Shown piece by piece: positions 40,196-44,163 of a DNA stretch of 44,163 bases. The notes under the pieces were generated by a model. The model ran no database searches. It worked only from the letters and a program-made list of their open reading frames with translations, and was not told the origin of the DNA. Numbering within the stretch: position 1 is the stretch's first letter; the number at the start of each line of letters is the position of its first letter. Made by a program: the position numbers and the translations under genes. Source of the stretch: a virus; the IMG/VR virus record IMGVR_UViG_3300045988_126665; one strand, 5' to 3'.

Positions 40196-40540
40196 ATGAA
40201 AGAGTTTGAAACACTTACTAAAGAGGTTCTGGAAAGGGAACGGCAGTATGGCAGGTTACTCTGCGAATGGAAATGCAAGGGATACGAGGGGAACGAGGAA
40301 TATGGCGGATGGTGTCTATTCATTAACTACAAGAAGGACAAGTGGAGGATAATCACCATTACGGGCGATGACCTCAGCAAGGGCGGAATGACCCACGAGG
40401 GAGAGTTCTACTTTGCGGACTATGACTATCTGGTACAAGCAAGAATTTTTACATCCTCCACGAAGATAGGGAGCGAAGAAGATAAATACATTAAATCACA
40501 AATCAAAAATGGCAAAGAAAACTTATTACGAGAAGATTAA
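40196..40540 (+). CDS. Hypothetical early protein (promoter-proximal)
   Basis: 114-aa ORF, first gene after the early promoter, overlaps the HTH gene by 32 nt. Confidence 0.65.
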   Translation: MKEFETLTKEVLERERQYGRLLCEWKCKGYEGNEEYGGWCLFINYKKDKWRIITITGDDLSKGGMTHEGEFYFADYDYLVQARIFTSSTKIGSEEDKYIKSQIKNGKENLLRED

Positions 40541-40724
40541 GGCACGCAGGGAAGAGTTGGGTCTTACACGCAAGGCGGTTGCCACTGCAATCTATGGCAA
40601 GGGAGAAAGGACACTTGCCAACTACTACAACCTCGAAAGGGGAATAACAAAGCAAATCAAGTTCAAGGACTTGGCGAGAGTGAGCAAGGCTTTGAATATG
40701 AGTTTGGATGAAATATTCAATTAG
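40509..40724 (+). CDS. XRE/Cro-type helix-turn-helix transcriptional regulator
   Basis: 71 aa; LGLTRKAVATAIYGKGERTLANYYNLERG...DLARVSKALNMSLDEIF fits the HTH_3 pattern. Confidence 0.75.
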   Translation: MAKKTYYEKIKARREELGLTRKAVATAIYGKGERTLANYYNLERGITKQIKFKDLARVSKALNMSLDEIFN

Positions 40725-40731
40725 AAACAAT

Positions 40732-41790
40732 ATGGAAAAGGGACAAACACAGATTGCTTTCGGCACTACTGCCGAGCAGATGAAAGCATTGTATTTCAAT
40801 GCCACAACATTAAAGGATGTTGCTTACAGGTTGTATCAGCTCAACTCAAGGGGAGAGAGATACTACTACACTTTCGGAACGGACGGAGAGCCTATCTTCT
40901 TCCCGAGTGTAACGACAGTGCTCCACAAGGTCGCACCCGAGAACAGGGTACTGACGGATTGGAAGTTGCGTCTGGGCAAGGAGGCTGCGGACAACTACAC
41001 AAACGAGAGAGCTGCCTATGGTACTTTCATCCACGGACTTATTGAGCAGTTGGTCATTTCTCGTAGGTTTAATCTGGAAGAAATCAAGGAGAAACTTGAA
41101 AAGTATGTAGAGAGGGAGAAACTTCCTTACGGCTTTGTGGAGAGCCACATAGAGGAGGCAAAGGCGGATATGGTGGCATTTGCCAAGTGGATGAGGGACT
41201 ATGACGTCAGACCTATTGCGGTGGAGGTGGCTTTGTACTCTCCGACTATGGGGGTGGCAGGAATGATAGACCTCGTGGCGGACATTAGGGAATACCCAAT
41301 ATCCAAAGAGGAAGAAATGGTCGCAAAGGCAAGTGACGAGGGCAAGGCAAGGGAGAAATACGGCAAGCGCATCTATGCCATAATAGACTTCAAAAGCGGA
41401 AAGAAAGGCTTTTACGATAGTTATGCACAGCAGTTGGAGATATACCGCAGAATGTGGAACGAGACTTTCCCCGAAATGCCTATTTCCCGAATGTTCAACA
41501 TCGCTCCGAATGAGTGGATGGGCACGGCAAAGAAAGTGCCGTCTTACAATTACGAGGAACAGACGGACAACCCCGCAATAGCAAAGGTAGACCCAATACT
41601 CGCTTTGTTCGCCTGCGAGGAGGAGCAGGATAGGAAGATAGTGAACATCTCTGGTGTGATAGACCTCAACGAAAAGGAGGAGAACAATGTTCAGGTGTTC
41701 AACCTTGCGGAGCTGGTGAAAGAGAATAGGAAGAAGATTGAGGAAGCGGAGAGCGCAGAGGATGAAATTGAAGAAGATGAATTATTTTAG
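40732..41790 (+). CDS. PD-(D/E)xK (RecB/YqaJ-like) exonuclease, putative (alternative start 40708)
   Basis: GMIDLV, AIIDFKSGKK and QQLEIY match the D ... (D/E)xK ... QxxxY arrangement. Confidence 0.65.
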   Translation: MEKGQTQIAFGTTAEQMKALYFNATTLKDVAYRLYQLNSRGERYYYTFGTDGEPIFFPSVTTVLHKVAPENRVLTDWKLRLGKEAADNYTNERAAYGTFIHGLIEQLVISRRFNLEEIKEKLEKYVEREKLPYGFVESHIEEAKADMVAFAKWMRDYDVRPIAVEVALYSPTMGVAGMIDLVADIREYPISKEEEMVAKASDEGKAREKYGKRIYAIIDFKSGKKGFYDSYAQQLEIYRRMWNETFPEMPISRMFNIAPNEWMGTAKKVPSYNYEEQTDNPAIAKVDPILALFACEEEQDRKIVNISGVIDLNEKEENNVQVFNLAELVKENRKKIEEAESAEDEIEEDELF

Positions 41791-41793
41791 GTT

Positions 41794-42465
41794 ATGAAAG
41801 GTAGGATTAAGAGGGAGGTGGCGGTATCGCCACTTCCTCCAAGATTAGGAAAAATCAAATGCGGAAAGAGAAGTGAGAAAGGCTTTCCGCAGTCGGTGGA
41901 CTACTTCATAGCCACAGGCAAGTATGCACCTTTGTTCGATGCGGTGTATCCGCACGCAAATAGTCTATTGGTGTACTTTCCGAGCGATGACCCGGAGCAA
42001 GTATGTAGGGAGAATTATGTTTACAGGGACAATGCCGGCAGAAAGGTTGCAGAGGGAGACGGAGAGGAATTTTTGATATGGAGCGAGAGAAAGCAGGCGA
42101 GAGTGAGATGCAACATCTCCGACAATCCCGACATTATGGCGCAAGTGGAGAAGAAGTACCCGAGCAAGACAGGGTGGCAGGTCACTCTGACCTTGAATGT
42201 AGTGTTGCCTTTGGTGAACAAGATTTATGGGGTATGGACATTTGAGACGAAGGCGAGCGCAAGTAGCATCCCACAAATACGAGACACCTTCGATGCGATG
42301 CTGGAGAGCAATGGACACATAAGCGGAGTATTGTGCGACTTGAATGTAGCCTTTGCGAAATCCGACAATCCATCGGGTAGCCGTTTCCCAGTAGTCACTT
42401 TGGTGCCGAACGAGACGGAAACGAACATAGCGAAAGTACAAGAAGTTAAAATGTTAGGGCGATGA
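41794..42465 (+). CDS. Hypothetical protein next to the exonuclease (possible ssDNA-annealing/binding partner)
   Basis: 223-aa ORF; function inferred only from position. Confidence 0.6.
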   Translation: MKGRIKREVAVSPLPPRLGKIKCGKRSEKGFPQSVDYFIATGKYAPLFDAVYPHANSLLVYFPSDDPEQVCRENYVYRDNAGRKVAEGDGEEFLIWSERKQARVRCNISDNPDIMAQVEKKYPSKTGWQVTLTLNVVLPLVNKIYGVWTFETKASASSIPQIRDTFDAMLESNGHISGVLCDLNVAFAKSDNPSGSRFPVVTLVPNETETNIAKVQEVKMLGR

Positions 42466-42938
42466 ACAGGGACAAGAGCGAAATCTTCGGTTATCTTTCT
42501 TCGCAGAGTTGGTTTCCGAGGTTTATGGAATTGATGAACAAGTACCAAGACAGCGAGAGTTACAAGCAGAGCATCTTGGCAGGGAACAAAAGGGAGTACA
42601 CTCTATTGTCGGCTTTCCCTTACAAGGAATTGAGCGAAAAGGAAAAATTGGAGTGGATAGAGCGCCACAATGAGTTTTTCTTTTGGTATAGGGGAATGAG
42701 GGGCAAGAGCACAAGCCACAAAGCGCACGGGGAACAAGAGGCGGAAAGAGCGACAAAGAGGAGAGCGCTGGAATGGGAAAAGCGAAAGCAAAAAGGGGAG
42801 AGAGTAGAGTACCAAGACCCCACGAATACTGCAAAGAGAAACCTTGAAGCCGCCAAATTGTTTTTGGCAAAGCGAAAGCAGAAAAAGGGGCATAGGAGCG
42901 CAATAAAGCGCAAAGACGATAAGAGTATCCAAAAATAG
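42462..42938 (+). CDS. Hypothetical protein with very basic C-terminus
   Basis: 158-aa ORF, ATGA coupling. Confidence 0.65.
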   Translation: MNRDKSEIFGYLSSQSWFPRFMELMNKYQDSESYKQSILAGNKREYTLLSAFPYKELSEKEKLEWIERHNEFFFWYRGMRGKSTSHKAHGEQEAERATKRRALEWEKRKQKGERVEYQDPTNTAKRNLEAAKLFLAKRKQKKGHRSAIKRKDDKSIQK

Positions 42939-42983
42939 TTATAAACGGCTTAAAATAGCCTTAAATTAAGTTACACAACAATT

Positions 42984-43187
42984 ATGAGTGCAAGTTACGA
43001 ATATGATGAATGTCCTTACTGCAATGGCAGTGGGTACGAAATGACCGAGGACGGATTGGTGGAATGTGAGTATTGCGACGGCAGAGGTATAATGCTTACG
43101 GACGACCCCGCTTACTTGAAGTATATGGAGCGATTTAGACCCGACCCAGACGATTTGTACGAGGAAAAGCGAACGAGATTCGATTAG
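42984..43187 (+). CDS. Small DnaJ-type zinc-finger protein (two CxxCxGxG units)
   Basis: 67 aa; CPYCNGSG and CEYCDGRG. Confidence 0.65.
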   Translation: MSASYEYDECPYCNGSGYEMTEDGLVECEYCDGRGIMLTDDPAYLKYMERFRPDPDDLYEEKRTRFD

Positions 43188-43212
43188 ATATTGGAAAAAC
43201 CGAAAAAGTTAC

Positions 43213-43220
43213 TACCTTTG
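43213..43220 (+). promoter_or_regulatory. -7 box TACCTTTG upstream of the replication genes
   Basis: TAnnTTTG in the 43188-43360 gap. Confidence 0.55.
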
Positions 43221-43227
43221 CATTAGA

Positions 43228-43346
43228 GTTAGTCCGAAAGGACAGCTCACAGATTGAAAGTCAGCAATCTGGTGAAATAGAAATTTACAAGAGAGCCTTT
43301 GAGTAGGGAGTGGACTGACTTACACACCCGAAAAAGGGCTTTTTTT
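43228..43346 (+). promoter_or_regulatory. Structured ~120-nt leader with pseudoknot potential ending in a T7 tract
   Basis: GTCC-gaaa-GGAC (43232-43243); CAGATTG-aaagtcag-CAATCTG (43250-43271); loop AAGTCAG complementary to CTGACTT (43315-43321); CCC-gaaaaa-GGG then T7 (43340-43346). Confidence 0.3.
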
Positions 43347-43360
43347 AATTTTAGTTATTT

Positions 43361-44163
43361 ATGAATAGTTTAAGCAGAGAAGGTAAACATAGAATTTATA
43401 GTTTTACTGCCGAATGGGCGATGGCTTTTGGAATAAATGGCGCAGTCTTATTGAGCAATCTTTATTTCTGGGTGAAAAAAAATAAAGAGAACGATGTCAG
43501 TTTCCACGATGGTCGCTATTGGACTTACAATACTCTGGATGCCTTTGCGGAACAATATCCGTTCTGGAGCAAAGACCAAATAAAGCGCATAATGAAAGAA
43601 TTGCGAGATAAGGGAATTATATTGGTAGGTAACTACAACACTAACAAGTACGATAGAACCCTTTGGTATAGCATAGATTTCGATAAAGTGGAAAGTATGT
43701 TAATGGATGTGGCGAAATCGCCATATCAAGATGGCGAAAGTACCACACCTATACCAGATATATACACAAATATAAACTCAATAAAAGAAACTAATACTAT
43801 AAATAGTATTAGCAAAGAAAAAAGCATTTTCTTTGGCGACCCACAAATGTCAAATCAAAGCACCGAGGGTGATACACCATCCCCCTTAAACAACCAAAAA
43901 GGAAAAGACTATTCTATGACCCCCCTTAATAATCCCCCCCTATCGGCAACCCGAGAGGAAAGGGAGCAAGCCTTCCGAGAGCAGGCCGACAAGTTTATCC
44001 CAGAGTATGGGCGGAAAATGATAGATGCCTTCTGCGACTATTGGACGGAGTTCGGAGGAAAGAAGATGCGCTTTGAGAAGGAAAAGACTTGGGAGTTGAA
44101 ACGAAGATTGCAAACTTGGAAGAGGAACGATGACGAAAGAAAGGCACGATACCAAAGGACGGC
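43361..44163 (+). CDS. Replication initiator / replisome organizer (winged-helix N-terminus), 5' part; wraps to nt 100-163 (288 aa in total)
   Basis: No stop before the window end; joined length 867 nt is in frame; N-terminal LLSNLYFW...DGRYWTYNTLDAFAEQYPFWSKDQIKRIMKELRDKGII resembles DnaD / phage replisome-organizer wHTH domains; directly upstream of dnaB. Confidence 0.65.
   Translation, partial: MNSLSREGKHRIYSFTAEWAMAFGINGAVLLSNLYFWVKKNKENDVSFHDGRYWTYNTLDAFAEQYPFWSKDQIKRIMKELRDKGIILVGNYNTNKYDRTLWYSIDFDKVESMLMDVAKSPYQDGESTTPIPDIYTNINSIKETNTINSISKEKSIFFGDPQMSNQSTEGDTPSPLNNQKGKDYSMTPLNNPPLSATREEREQAFREQADKFIPEYGRKMIDAFCDYWTEFGGKKMRFEKEKTWELKRRLQTWKRNDDERKARYQRT
44065..44163. repeat. Terminal direct repeat copy 2 (identical to 1-99)
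   Basis: Exact 99-nt identity with the window start. Confidence 0.95.

Overview
The window is a complete, circularly assembled dsDNA tailed-phage genome. The first 99 nt equal the last 99 nt, so the unique length is 44,064 bp, and one gene reads across the junction. The Bacteroidota-type promoter box TAnnTTTG occurs at 14 or more intergenic sites, which points to a Bacteroidota host. No integrase or lysogeny module is visible.

Layout:
- 40196 -> 8467 (+, through the junction): early and replication genes. These are an XRE regulator, a PD-(D/E)xK exonuclease, a replication initiator, DnaB, a RuvC-like resolvase, an HNH-like protein, a DNA methyltransferase and a small SSB-like protein.
- 8400-8850: a repeat-dense, origin-like region.
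- 8853-11824 (-): an AT-richer accessory island with a MoxR/CobS-type AAA+ ATPase, a 258-aa partner and two small ORFs.
- 11900-12620: a 720-bp non-coding stretch with tandem octamers.
- 12647-15669 (+): TerS and TerL.
- 15666-17402 (-): a small module including a dUTPase.
- 17517-39703 (+): a long structural and lysis operon (portal, scaffold, capsid, tape measure, tail fibres, M15 endolysin, holin-like protein).

Most notable observations:
- A class-3-type LAGLIDADG intein splits the TerL P-loop.
- A 114-nt tRNA-shaped RNA has no recognisable anticodon loop.
- The AAA+ island has an atypical Walker A motif and is flanked by iteron-like arrays.
- Several promoter-to-terminator units contain no ORF and are sRNA or attenuator candidates.
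- One small gene is interrupted by an in-frame TAG.
- One repeat protein is split by a +1 frame change.
- The dUTPase carries a large insertion.
- A tail-fibre gene has Cys-rich nonapeptide repeats encoded by a 27-bp tandem repeat.

All functional calls come from motifs read by eye. No database search was run.
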